Positions 50,551 to 58,883 of a DNA stretch of 58,883 nucleotides are shown here, piece after piece; within the stretch, counting starts at the first letter, position 1, and every line of letters begins with the position of its first letter. A program made the position numbers and the translations under genes. The notes beneath the pieces were generated by a model. That model did not search any database. It was not told where the DNA came from and was given only the letters and a program-made list of their open reading frames with translations. Source of the DNA: Chloroflexota bacterium (GTDB lineage Bacteria > Chloroflexota > Dehalococcoidia > UBA2979); the NCBI GenBank assembly GCA_027593235.1, contig JAQCIU010000020.1, positions 1 to 58,883 on the forward strand, in the 5' to 3' direction.

Positions 50551-51800
50551 GCAGCACGCTGCTCCAGGGCATCCGCGTGGTCGACATGACCGAGGTATGG
50601 GCCGGGCCGATGGGCGCCTCGCTGCTGGGCGACCTGGGCGCGGACGTCGTCAAGGTGGAGTCGTTCCCGCGACCATCCTCGATCACCCGCACCGCGCCGG
50701 CCGCGCCCGGCGGTGACGGCGATCCGCCCTGGGAACGGATCTCGATCCACCACATCGCGAACCGCAATAAGCGGAACCTGACGCTGAACGTCCGCCTCGA
50801 GGACGGCGCGGCCGCGCTGCGGAAGCTGATCGCCGAGGCGGACATCTTCATCGAGGCCTACTCCGCCGGGACCGTCGAACGCTTGGGGTTCGGCTGGGAG
50901 GCGGTGCACGCGCTCAACCCGCGGCTCGTAATGCTCTCGATGCCCGGTTGGGGCGTCGACGGCCCGTACCAGAGCTACGTGACGCTCGGGTCCGGCCTCG
51001 ACTCGACCATGGGCCACGCGTCGTTGCGCGGCTATCCGGAACGCTCGCAGGGACAGACGCCCCCGATCTTTCACACCGACGCGACCGGCGCGCTGAGCCT
51101 GGTGCAGGCGGTGCTCTCCGGCCTGTTCCAGCGCGAACACATCGGCGCGGGCCTGCACATCGATATGTCTCAATCCGAGGCGTTCACCTGGCAACTGCCC
51201 GGCGCCTTCGCCGAAGCCACGCTCAACAACCGGCTGCCGGAGCGCCTCGGCAATCGCGACCCCCACATCGTGCCCCATGGCTGCTACCGCGCGGACGGCG
51301 GCGAAGCGGGCGCGGAGTCCTGGGTGGTCATCGAGGCACGCACCGACGCCCAGTGGCGCGGCGTCGCCACCGCCGCCGGCCACCCCGATTGGGCCAACAT
51401 CGGACACCCCTGGGCGACAATCGTCGACCGCCTCCGCGCGCGCGAAGCCATCGACGCCGCCCTCGCCTCGTACGCCGCAACAGACACCGCCGAGGCGATC
51501 GCCGCCGCCGTATCCGGCGCCGGCGGCATCGCGGCACCCGTGGTGCAGAGCGCCTCATTCCTCGCCGACCCGCAGTTCGCCGCACGAAACTGGCTGCTCC
51601 CCATCGAGCACCGCTACATGGGCCTACAAATGCTTCCGGGCTTCCTCTGGTCGATCGCCCCCGACGCCCCCGCGGTCGAGTACCCCTGCGGCCTCCTCGG
51701 AGAGCACAACACCGAGATCCTCACCGAGCTGGGCTACACCGCGGACCAGATCGCCGCGCTCGAAGCCGCCGGCGTCATCGGCAACGCCTACCCCGGCTAG
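50547..51800 (+). CDS. Family III CoA-transferase subunit (BbsF-like)
   Basis: GIRVVDMTEVWAGP, NRNKRN, HTDATG, LLGEHN; ATGA overlap with previous gene. Confidence 0.9.
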   Translation: MSSTLLQGIRVVDMTEVWAGPMGASLLGDLGADVVKVESFPRPSSITRTAPAAPGGDGDPPWERISIHHIANRNKRNLTLNVRLEDGAAALRKLIAEADIFIEAYSAGTVERLGFGWEAVHALNPRLVMLSMPGWGVDGPYQSYVTLGSGLDSTMGHASLRGYPERSQGQTPPIFHTDATGALSLVQAVLSGLFQREHIGAGLHIDMSQSEAFTWQLPGAFAEATLNNRLPERLGNRDPHIVPHGCYRADGGEAGAESWVVIEARTDAQWRGVATAAGHPDWANIGHPWATIVDRLRAREAIDAALASYAATDTAEAIAAAVSGAGGIAAPVVQSASFLADPQFAARNWLLPIEHRYMGLQMLPGFLWSIAPDAPAVEYPCGLLGEHNTEILTELGYTADQIAALEAAGVIGNAYPG

Positions 51801-51909
51801 CGAACGGTCACGCCCTCCCGCCCGGCGGCGCGTTCCGCCAGCGCTAACCCTCGTCTCGGCAGACCCGAAGAGAACCGAAGGCGCAATGACGCGTCCGGTC
51901 CTGACTTCC

Positions 51910-52275
51910 TTACGCGCCGTTGCCCACGACACGATCGATCGCGTTGGTCAGCCGTTCCCGCTCCCGGTTGATCCACTGACCCTCCGAGTAGTTCTCGAGA
52001 AACGTCTCCGCGAACTCCACGGGGTCCTCCCCGACGACCGCGCGGATCGGGGTCTCGTTCGCCGCACTCTGCTCGAACAGATCGGCGAGATCCTCGAGCA
52101 TCGAGGCCAGAGTCTCGCCTTTCGTGATCGCCCCGAAATACATCAGGTACCGATCCACCGCATCGATCGCCGTGCGGTAGTTCGCGGGAAGCCGCCCCGT
52201 GCGCGCCTTGTAATCCCGGTAGCGCCTCTTCTGCTCGATCGACCCTGTGATCTTCTCGATCCACCGTGCTGCCAT
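51910..52275 (-). CDS. DUF1048 domain protein
   Basis: EQKRRYRDYKAR..LPANYRTA..DLFEQSAA..VVGEDPVEFAE. Confidence 0.85.
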   Translation of the reverse strand: MAARWIEKITGSIEQKRRYRDYKARTGRLPANYRTAIDAVDRYLMYFGAITKGETLASMLEDLADLFEQSAANETPIRAVVGEDPVEFAETFLENYSEGQWINRERERLTNAIDRVVGNGA

Positions 52276-52277
52276 GC

Positions 52278-52607
52278 TTAGTCGCCCCCTTCGCGGAGCC
52301 GTTCGAGCCGTTCTGCGAGGAAGCTCCAGGTCCTCCAGAACTCTTCGAGGTATTCCCGTCCCTCGGCGTTCAGCGAATACACCTTGCGCGGCGGCCCCTT
52401 CTCGGACGGGGTCTTCACCACCTCGACAAGGCCGCGTTGTTCGATCCTGACGAGCAAGGCATAGACGGTGCCTTCGGCGATGTCCGAGAAGCCCTGCTCC
52501 CGCAACCGCGCGGTGATCTCGTAGCCGTACGCGGGGCACACCGACAGGATCGCGAGGACGATCCCCTCCAGGGTGCCCTTGAGCATCTCCGTACTCTGCT
52601 TGCCCAT
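52278..52607 (-). CDS. PadR family transcriptional regulator
   Basis: MLKGTLEGIVL..YGYEI..EGTVYALLVR..GPPRKVYSLN. Confidence 0.92.
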   Translation of the reverse strand: MGKQSTEMLKGTLEGIVLAILSVCPAYGYEITARLREQGFSDIAEGTVYALLVRIEQRGLVEVVKTPSEKGPPRKVYSLNAEGREYLEEFWRTWSFLAERLERLREGGD

Positions 52608-52623
52608 CGAACACCCCGCTCGC

Positions 52624-52682
52624 AGTACCTGACTCGCCGTACCTAGCGACACTGACTACCGGTAAATAGTAACAATGACTAG
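52624..52682 (-). promoter_or_regulatory. Candidate PadR operator/promoter array
   Basis: Repeated GTAC/GTAG..TAC quasi-palindromes (e.g. GTACCTAGCGACACTGACTAC) in an AT-rich patch directly upstream of padR. Confidence 0.5.
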
Positions 52683-53135
52683 CGGGATCGCAAGCTCCAC
52701 GCGGCAGCGGACGCTGTCCACTCTTGCCGTCTGAAGTCCCGAACAGCGGGAACCGCCAGGCGATGAACGAGGGCTGAACAAGACGCCCGGGCGGCCTGCG
52801 CTCAAGCCGCCACCCCGGACGAGACACTCGACCGCGACCGTTGCGCCGACCTGATCAAGAAGGTGGAGCTATCGAGCGGCGCGCTCCCAGGAGCGGGCCG
52901 CTACCAACCACGGTCAGACGTCCCCCGAAGACGCCGACACCCAATCGAAGGTCAGGTGCTCATCGGGCACCGAACCAGAGCGGGCCGCTCGAAGCCGCCG
53001 GCGCCACAAACAACACCTACCCCGGCGAAGCGAGGACCACCCGCCCGACCCCACCACACCCCGTCTGCCTACCCCAAAACACCACGCCCCCGCGCCAACC
53101 CCACTCTCGGCAGACGCAAAGAGGGCGGAACGCCC

Positions 53136-53951
53136 CTAGCGACCGGTCCAGTCCGGGTCTCGGCGTTCGGCGAAGGAGCGGATGCCCTCGCCGGCGTCGG
53201 CGGCGAGCTGGCCACGCGTGGCGGCCCACGCCTCGTTCTGGAGCTGAGCATCGAGGCCATCGCGGGTGATGTCGTTCACCAGGCGCTTCGTCAACTCGAG
53301 GGCAATCGTCGGTCCGCCGGCGAGCCGCTTGGCGAGGGCGAGCGCCTCCGGGATCAGCTGATCCGGCGCGACCACGCGGTTGACCAGGCCCCAGCGATCC
53401 GCCGTCTCGGCGTCCACGTCATCGCCCGAAAGCATCATCTCGATCGCGCGCCCGCGTCCGATGAGCTGCGGCAGGTGCCAGCTCGTCCCCGTGTCCGGGA
53501 CGAGCCCGCGGCGAATGAAGATCGAGATGAACTTCGCCTCGGTGGACGCGATACGGATATCCGAGGCCAGGGCGAGCGAGAGGCCGGCGCCGGCGGCGAT
53601 GCCGTTGACCGCGGCGATGATCGGCTTCGGATAGTGCCCCAGCGCGGAGTAGAGCACGCCCCAGTGACCGATCGGCCCCTGGAGCATGCGCCGGTATCCG
53701 TCGCGCTCGTCGAGATCCTTGTCGGCTTCGCGCTCCTCGTGGGAGGCGAGCACGTCGGCGCCCGCGCAGAACGCGCGACCGGCCCCGGTGAACACCAGCA
53801 CCTTCACCGCGTCGTCGCGCTCCGTCGTCTCCACGACGTGCAGCAACTCATGGACGAGGCCGGGACTGATCGCGTTCAGGCGCTCGGGGCGGTTCAAGGT
53901 GACAAGCGCCACCCCGTCCGTGAGGTCGAAGGTCAGGTTCGCGTAGTCCAC
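53136..53951 (-). CDS. Enoyl-CoA hydratase/isomerase family protein
   Basis: TLNRPERLNA, GRAFCAGAD, AAVNGIAAGAGLSLALASDIR, GLVPD. Confidence 0.93.
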   Translation of the reverse strand: MDYANLTFDLTDGVALVTLNRPERLNAISPGLVHELLHVVETTERDDAVKVLVFTGAGRAFCAGADVLASHEEREADKDLDERDGYRRMLQGPIGHWGVLYSALGHYPKPIIAAVNGIAAGAGLSLALASDIRIASTEAKFISIFIRRGLVPDTGTSWHLPQLIGRGRAIEMMLSGDDVDAETADRWGLVNRVVAPDQLIPEALALAKRLAGGPTIALELTKRLVNDITRDGLDAQLQNEAWAATRGQLAADAGEGIRSFAERRDPDWTGR

Positions 53952-53986
53952 AGCATCTCCTCATCCAACACGGTGTTGGTATCGCC

Positions 53987-54014
53987 ACAAGATCAAACCG
54001 AGTTCGATTTCGGC
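53987..54014. promoter_or_regulatory. Palindromic site ATCAAAC-N3-GTTCGAT (copy 1 of 28-bp repeat)
   Basis: 24/28 identical to 57742-57769; lies in the divergent ech/ABC promoter region. Confidence 0.7.
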
Positions 54015-54082
54015 ATCCTACTGCGAACCGCGCGAGAGCGGGGCAGCCGAGGCCCTCGACGCGCTACGATGCCGCGCGTGGG

Positions 54083-55903
54083 ATGAGGCGACCCATGTTC
54101 AAGCTTCCCGCGCTGCCCGACTACAGCGACCAGTTCCGCTTCTTCCGGGTGCTCGATCGCGCCCATCGACCCTTGTCGGCGGTGTGGTGGTTCATGTTGC
54201 TGCTGCAGGCGGTCATCGCCCCGGCGACGGCGGTCACGATGGGCCTCCTCATCGCCGCGGTCCAATCCGGTGACGATCTGACCGTCCCGCTCGTCGCCGT
54301 CGGCATCACCTTCTTCATCGCCCTTTCCGGCGGCCCCTTCGCCCAGGCCGTGGCGCAGGCCCTCGGCAGCCACACCGCCGGCTGGATGCGCCGCGAACTC
54401 ACGAGGATCAGCATGGCGCCGGTCGGCATCGCCCATCTCGAACATCCCGAGCTGAAGAGCGACCTCACAATCGCCCAGGACTTCGACCGCGGGATCTCCG
54501 GTCCGCCGCTCTCCATCTCCATGACCTTCATCGGCGGCGGTCTCGGCACCATGCTCGGCGGCCTCGTCGCCTCCATCCTGCTGTTCGGCTTTGCCTGGTG
54601 GGCGCCATTCCTGCTGGCCGGCGGCTGGCTCGCCACCCAGTACATGCTCCGCGAGAGCGGCATCTGGAAGGACCGCCTCACCAACGAGGTCCGCGAGGCC
54701 CAGCGTCAGGCCGACTACACCTACCGCCTCGCCGTTGACCCGCCCGCCGCCAAGGAGTTGCGGCTGTTCGGTCTCTCCGAGTGGACGCTCGACCGCTTCG
54801 CCCAGCGCCGTCGGCGCCTCTTCGACCTGCAATGGAAGGCCACGAGGATGCGCGAGCGCCCCGTCGTCTGGAGCCTGCTCTTCACCCTCGCCGCGAACCT
54901 GATCTTCTTCTGGGTGCTCGCTGGCCGCCTCGCCGGCGGCTCAATCGAGCTGGGCGCGGCCGTCACCTATGCCGCCGCTGCCGGCATGACCTCACAGCTC
55001 GCCTTCAGCAACTTCCAGTGGGCGCTCGATGCCGCCGCCGCCCCCGCCAGCGCCGTCCTCCGCCTCGCCGCGACGATGCCGAGGTACGGCGAGCTGCCGC
55101 GCGGATCGAGGGGCGCCGACGGCCTGCCCGCCTCCGAGATCCGCTTCCGCGACGTCACCTTTACCTACCCGACGGGCGACACGCCCGTCCTCGAGGGCTT
55201 CGATCTCACGATCCCCGCGGGCTCGTCGCTCGCCATCGTCGGCCAGAACGGTGCCGGTAAGACCACCCTCGCCAAGCTGCTCTGCCGCTTCTACGACCCC
55301 GACTCCGGCAGCATCGAGGTCGATGGCGTCGACCTCCGCGAACTCGACGTCGAATCGTGGCGTCGCCGCCTCGCCGCCACCTTCCAGGACTTCGTCCGCT
55401 TCGAGCTGCCGCTCCGCGACAACGTCGCCCCCCTCGGCGCGACCGACGAGGACGTGCTCGCCGCCCTCGAGGCCGCCGGAGGCGCCGGTCTCGCCGACCT
55501 CGACACGATCCTCTCGAAGGGCTACGCCGGCGGCACCGATCTCTCCGGCGGCCAGTGGCAACGCGTCGCCCTCGCCCGCTCGGTCTGCGCGGTCACCCTC
55601 GGCGCCGGTGTCGTCATCCTCGACGAACCCACCGCACAGCTCGACGTCCGAGGCGAGTCCGAAATCTTCGAACGCCTCCTCCGTGCGACCGACGACGCCA
55701 CCACCATCCTCGTCTCCCACCGTTTCTCCACCGTCCGCCACGCCGACCGCATCTGCGTCATCGAGGGCGGCCGCGTCGTCGAACTCGGCTCGCACGAGGA
55801 GCTGATCGCCCGCCGTGGTCGCTACTTCACGATGTTCGACCTCCAGGCCAGTCGCTTCGGCGAGCCGGAAGAAGAGGGGGTCGCCTATGAGCTCCTCACC
55901 TGA
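54083..55903 (+). CDS. ABC exporter, fused TM + ATP-binding subunit 1
   Basis: AKELRLFGL, GQNGAGKTT, LSGGQWQRVALAR, LDEPTAQLD, SHRFSTVR. Confidence 0.92.
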   Translation: MRRPMFKLPALPDYSDQFRFFRVLDRAHRPLSAVWWFMLLLQAVIAPATAVTMGLLIAAVQSGDDLTVPLVAVGITFFIALSGGPFAQAVAQALGSHTAGWMRRELTRISMAPVGIAHLEHPELKSDLTIAQDFDRGISGPPLSISMTFIGGGLGTMLGGLVASILLFGFAWWAPFLLAGGWLATQYMLRESGIWKDRLTNEVREAQRQADYTYRLAVDPPAAKELRLFGLSEWTLDRFAQRRRRLFDLQWKATRMRERPVVWSLLFTLAANLIFFWVLAGRLAGGSIELGAAVTYAAAAGMTSQLAFSNFQWALDAAAAPASAVLRLAATMPRYGELPRGSRGADGLPASEIRFRDVTFTYPTGDTPVLEGFDLTIPAGSSLAIVGQNGAGKTTLAKLLCRFYDPDSGSIEVDGVDLRELDVESWRRRLAATFQDFVRFELPLRDNVAPLGATDEDVLAALEAAGGAGLADLDTILSKGYAGGTDLSGGQWQRVALARSVCAVTLGAGVVILDEPTAQLDVRGESEIFERLLRATDDATTILVSHRFSTVRHADRICVIEGGRVVELGSHEELIARRGRYFTMFDLQASRFGEPEEEGVAYELLT

Positions 55904-57734
55904 CGCGCCCGTCGAGGCACCCGCCGCCCGGCCCGCCGACACTCCCGAGGAGCTGCCCCCCGCGCTCCCCGCGATGTGGCGCATGTTCGTCCTCGGCCTG
56001 CGCGAACAGCCCACGCTGCTCTTCGTTTCGTTCGCCCTCACGCTGGTCGCGTCGTTGCCCGCCGTGCTCGGCCCCTTCTGGATGCGGATGCTCAGCGATG
56101 GCGCCGTCGATGGTGATCGGCGGCTGATCGAGATCGCTGCCGTCGGTCTTGCCGTCGCCGCCGTCGGTACCTGGTTCCTGCGGACCCTCAGCGATCGGAT
56201 CCAGCGCCGCTTCCGCGACCGCATGACGATCGCCCTCGAACGCCACGTCGCCGGCCTCCAGTCCAACGCCGCCACCATCGAGCTCCACGAGCGCCCGGAG
56301 TACCTCGACCGCCTCGAGGTGCTCCGCAACCAGGTCTTCGTCCTCGATCACCTCTACATGTCGATCTTCATGACCACCGGCTGGCTGTTCCAGCTTCTCC
56401 TCCTCGTCGCGCTCCTCACCACCGTCCACCCCGCGCTCGTCCTGCTCCTCGTCGCCGCCATCCCCACCTTCTACGCGTCGGGTTGGCGGGCCGCGGTTGA
56501 GCGCGACGCCGAGGAAGCGTCGGCTTCGGACAGCCGCTTCTCGCGTCACATCTTCGAGACCGCGACCGACGTCTCCGCCAGCAAGGAGATCCGCGTCATG
56601 GGCGCCGGCGCGCGCCTCGTCGAGCGCCGCGAGGACGCCTGGCAGCGCTGGTACGACACCGTCTCCGCCGCCCGCTGGGGCAGCGCGGTCTGGTACTCGC
56701 TCGGCTGGGCGATCTTCGCGGGCTCGTTCATCGCGGCCGCCGTCTTCGTCTCCGCCGGCATCAACGGCACACCTGGCGAGGTCGTGCTCGTCCTCTCGTC
56801 CGGCATCCTGCTCGCCAGCTACATCGGCGCCGCCGTCGGCGAGATCGGCTTCCTCCGCGGCATCTGGCTCGACGGCGCACGCCGCCTCGTCTGGCTCGAA
56901 CGCTACGTCGAGGCCAAACAGTCCATCGGCGACGTCCCCGCGCCCGACACCCTCACCGAGGGCATCCGCCTCCGCGACGTCTCGTTCGCCTACCCCGGCA
57001 CCGACCGCCTCGTCCTCGACCACGTCGACCTCGAACTCCCCGCCGGCGCGGTCGTCGCCATCGTCGGCGAGAACGGCGCCGGCAAGACCACCCTCGTGAA
57101 GCTCCTCGCGAGGATGTACGAGCCGACCAGCGGCCGGATCGAAATCGACGGCCACGACCTCTCGCGCATGTCCGCCGAGGAATGGCGCGAACGCCTCGCC
57201 GGCGCGTTCCAGGACTTCTTCCGCTTCGAGTTCCTCGCCCACGAGACCGTCGGCCTCGGCGACGTCCCCCGCATCGAGGACCGCGTCGCCGTTGGCGCAG
57301 CAGTCGGGCGCGCCGGCGCTGACGACGTCGTGTCGCGACTCCGCGAGGGCCTCGACACCCAGCTCGGCCCCACCTGGCCGGGGGGTGTAGAGATGTCGTT
57401 CGGCCAGTGGCAACGCCTCGCCCTCGCCCGTGGCTTCATGCGCGACGACCCGCTGCTCCTGATCCTCGATGAGCCGACCGCCGCCCTCGACGCCGAGACC
57501 GAGCACGCCCTCTTCGAGCGCTATGCGTCGGCAGCACGAGGCGGCCACAGCGACGCCGCGAACGGCCGCATAACCCTCCTCGTCTCCCACCGCTTCTCGA
57601 CGGTGCGCATGGCCGACCTGATCGTGGTGATGGACGGCGCGCACGTCGTCGAGGTGGGAACCCACAGCGCGCTCGTTGCCCGCGGCGGCAAGTACGCGGA
57701 GCTCTACGAGATCCAGGCCGCTTCCTACCGTTAG
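55887..57734 (+). CDS. ABC exporter, fused TM + ATP-binding subunit 2
   Basis: GENGAGKTT, degenerate signature SFGQWQ, LDEPTAALD, SHRFSTVR. Confidence 0.92.
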   Translation: MSSSPDAPVEAPAARPADTPEELPPALPAMWRMFVLGLREQPTLLFVSFALTLVASLPAVLGPFWMRMLSDGAVDGDRRLIEIAAVGLAVAAVGTWFLRTLSDRIQRRFRDRMTIALERHVAGLQSNAATIELHERPEYLDRLEVLRNQVFVLDHLYMSIFMTTGWLFQLLLLVALLTTVHPALVLLLVAAIPTFYASGWRAAVERDAEEASASDSRFSRHIFETATDVSASKEIRVMGAGARLVERREDAWQRWYDTVSAARWGSAVWYSLGWAIFAGSFIAAAVFVSAGINGTPGEVVLVLSSGILLASYIGAAVGEIGFLRGIWLDGARRLVWLERYVEAKQSIGDVPAPDTLTEGIRLRDVSFAYPGTDRLVLDHVDLELPAGAVVAIVGENGAGKTTLVKLLARMYEPTSGRIEIDGHDLSRMSAEEWRERLAGAFQDFFRFEFLAHETVGLGDVPRIEDRVAVGAAVGRAGADDVVSRLREGLDTQLGPTWPGGVEMSFGQWQRLALARGFMRDDPLLLILDEPTAALDAETEHALFERYASAARGGHSDAANGRITLLVSHRFSTVRMADLIVVMDGAHVVEVGTHSALVARGGKYAELYEIQAASYR

Positions 57735-57741
57735 CCTACCG

Positions 57742-57769
57742 ACAGGATCAAACGTCGTTCGATTTCGGC
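57742..57769. promoter_or_regulatory. Palindromic site ATCAAAC-N3-GTTCGAT (copy 2), followed by TATGCT -10-like hexamer
   Basis: Direct repeat of 53987-54014, starting 8 nt after the ABC stop codon. Confidence 0.7.
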
Positions 57770-58046
57770 TATGCTAGGGCCCAAGGCGCATCGCCGGTCC
57801 CGGCCGGACGACTGCGAGGCCAACGAAACACGCCCCCCGGTTCCGGTCTCAGCCGGCTCAGCCCATTCCGCTCGAAGCCCCTTCGAGCGTCCTCCCTCCG
57901 CCCGGCGGTACGCCCCCGCCGGGCGGAGCACAACATCAGAGGCTCCCGACACCTCGCCCCCCGCCCTCGCGACGCCCCCACACCCCCGACCACCACAAGA
58001 CAGCGTCCCCAGCACGCCCCGAAGGTCAACGAGGGCCGAAGGCCCC

Positions 58047-58406
58047 TCAGTCCGGGAGGCGCGTCGTCTGCACCGCCGCCAACTGCCAGCTCTCCCCGTT
58101 CGCCACCAGCGTCGCCGTCAGCCGCACATCGAGGTTCACCGGCTGTTCCGAGGTGCCAGCCGTCAGGTGCGCCACCCCGTTCAGCACCGCGCACCCCGAG
58201 TACTGGCGCTCCGCCAGATCCTCGATCTCCCAGCGCGCATAGCGTCGCCCGCCCTCGAACGCCGCCAGCAGCTCCGGCTTCGTCTCGATGTTCGAGCGCG
58301 AGTGCACGTACGTGAAGTCGTCAGCGACCAGCGGGCTCCATGCCCCCATGTCGGCCGCGACATTCGCCGCCGCCCAGGCGCGAAAAACCTCGGATGGTGT
58401 GGTCAT
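58047..58406 (-). CDS. NTF2-like DUF4440 protein
   Basis: LVADDFTYVHS..ETKPELL..WQLAAVQTT; AAGGAG RBS. Confidence 0.85.
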   Translation of the reverse strand: MTTPSEVFRAWAAANVAADMGAWSPLVADDFTYVHSRSNIETKPELLAAFEGGRRYARWEIEDLAERQYSGCAVLNGVAHLTAGTSEQPVNLDVRLTATLVANGESWQLAAVQTTRLPD

Positions 58407-58827
58407 AGCGTCTCCTTGTAGCACTTGGGTTCTCTAGCACCTGGGCGGAAGTCTAACGCCGCCCGATACCGTCACGGCTCGCGCCCCCTGCCGGAACGCC
58501 GTCATCCCGCACCCTCCGACTCCCCGCTCGACCCCGCGCCACCGAGACCGGTTCGGACGAACCGGCAGCCATCATGTCCGTCGTGCCCAGAAACCTCGTC
58601 TGGCGAGAAGAAGCGACACGTTCTGCCGGGCGGGTCGCGATCCCGCGCCGCTCCCGAGGGCGCACGCGTCGCGACGCTCTATTGCGCCCCCCACCCCCCA
58701 CTCGCTCCGGTCGCCCCGCGACCGGGCAGCACAGCGCTCGAACCCCCGAGGTCAAACGACCTCAGCAGCATGGGGACGCGGGCCAGTAGAACGCGACGAC
58801 CCACAGCACCCAGCCACGGGCCCGTTT

Positions 58828-58883
58828 TGGTAGGGGGCGTTGGGGGGCGACCAGGAGCCCCCCGGCCGGGGGCGCGGGGGCGG
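58828..58883. repeat. G/C-run palindromic element (REP/MITE-like), truncated by window end
   Basis: GGGGGCGTTGGGGGGCGACCAGGAGCCCCCCGGCCGGGGGCGCGGGGGCGG resembles the GGGGGCGGAGCCCCC-type extragenic repeats of high-GC bacteria. Confidence 0.4.

Noticed and set aside
52690-53135. Gene or ncRNA in the padR-ech intergenic region
   Set aside because: Only short coding-like patches and no coherent ORF or structure; possibly decayed DNA.

Overview
High-GC bacterial window. Gene content and protein styles (many family-III CoA-transferases, LLM oxidoreductases, Ltp2/DUF35, RpoD with a large insertion) suggest Chloroflexota/Dehalococcoidia; this is an inference. It opens in a tRNA-Gly-associated integration hot spot: a ~60-bp terminator/flank repeat at 793-bp spacing, a degenerate tRNA-Gly 3' half, an orphan ORF and a truncated rve integrase with stacked end motifs. 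Next come a TrkA-domain K+ channel and a Fur/Zur-regulated Zn/Mn ABC operon. A large acyl-CoA catabolic block follows: 3 fused two-domain and 2 split CoA-transferases, LLMs, a haloalkane dehalogenase, and TetR-ACAD-Ltp2-like thiolase-DUF35. After that are an FtsX-type ABC exporter with autoregulated TetR, a coiled-coil SipW-like peptidase and an RpoD-like sigma factor. The rest holds a TetA(P)-like MFS with a candidate attenuator leader, a candidate 6S-like RNA, ppa, ABC-F, PadR-DUF1048 and a heterodimeric ABC exporter bracketed by a 28-bp palindromic repeat. Three otherwise intact genes carry single in-frame stops, and several gene ends show deletions or micro-duplications. No CRISPR array, rRNA or intact tRNA was seen. 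All calls come from motif recognition by eye, without database searches.
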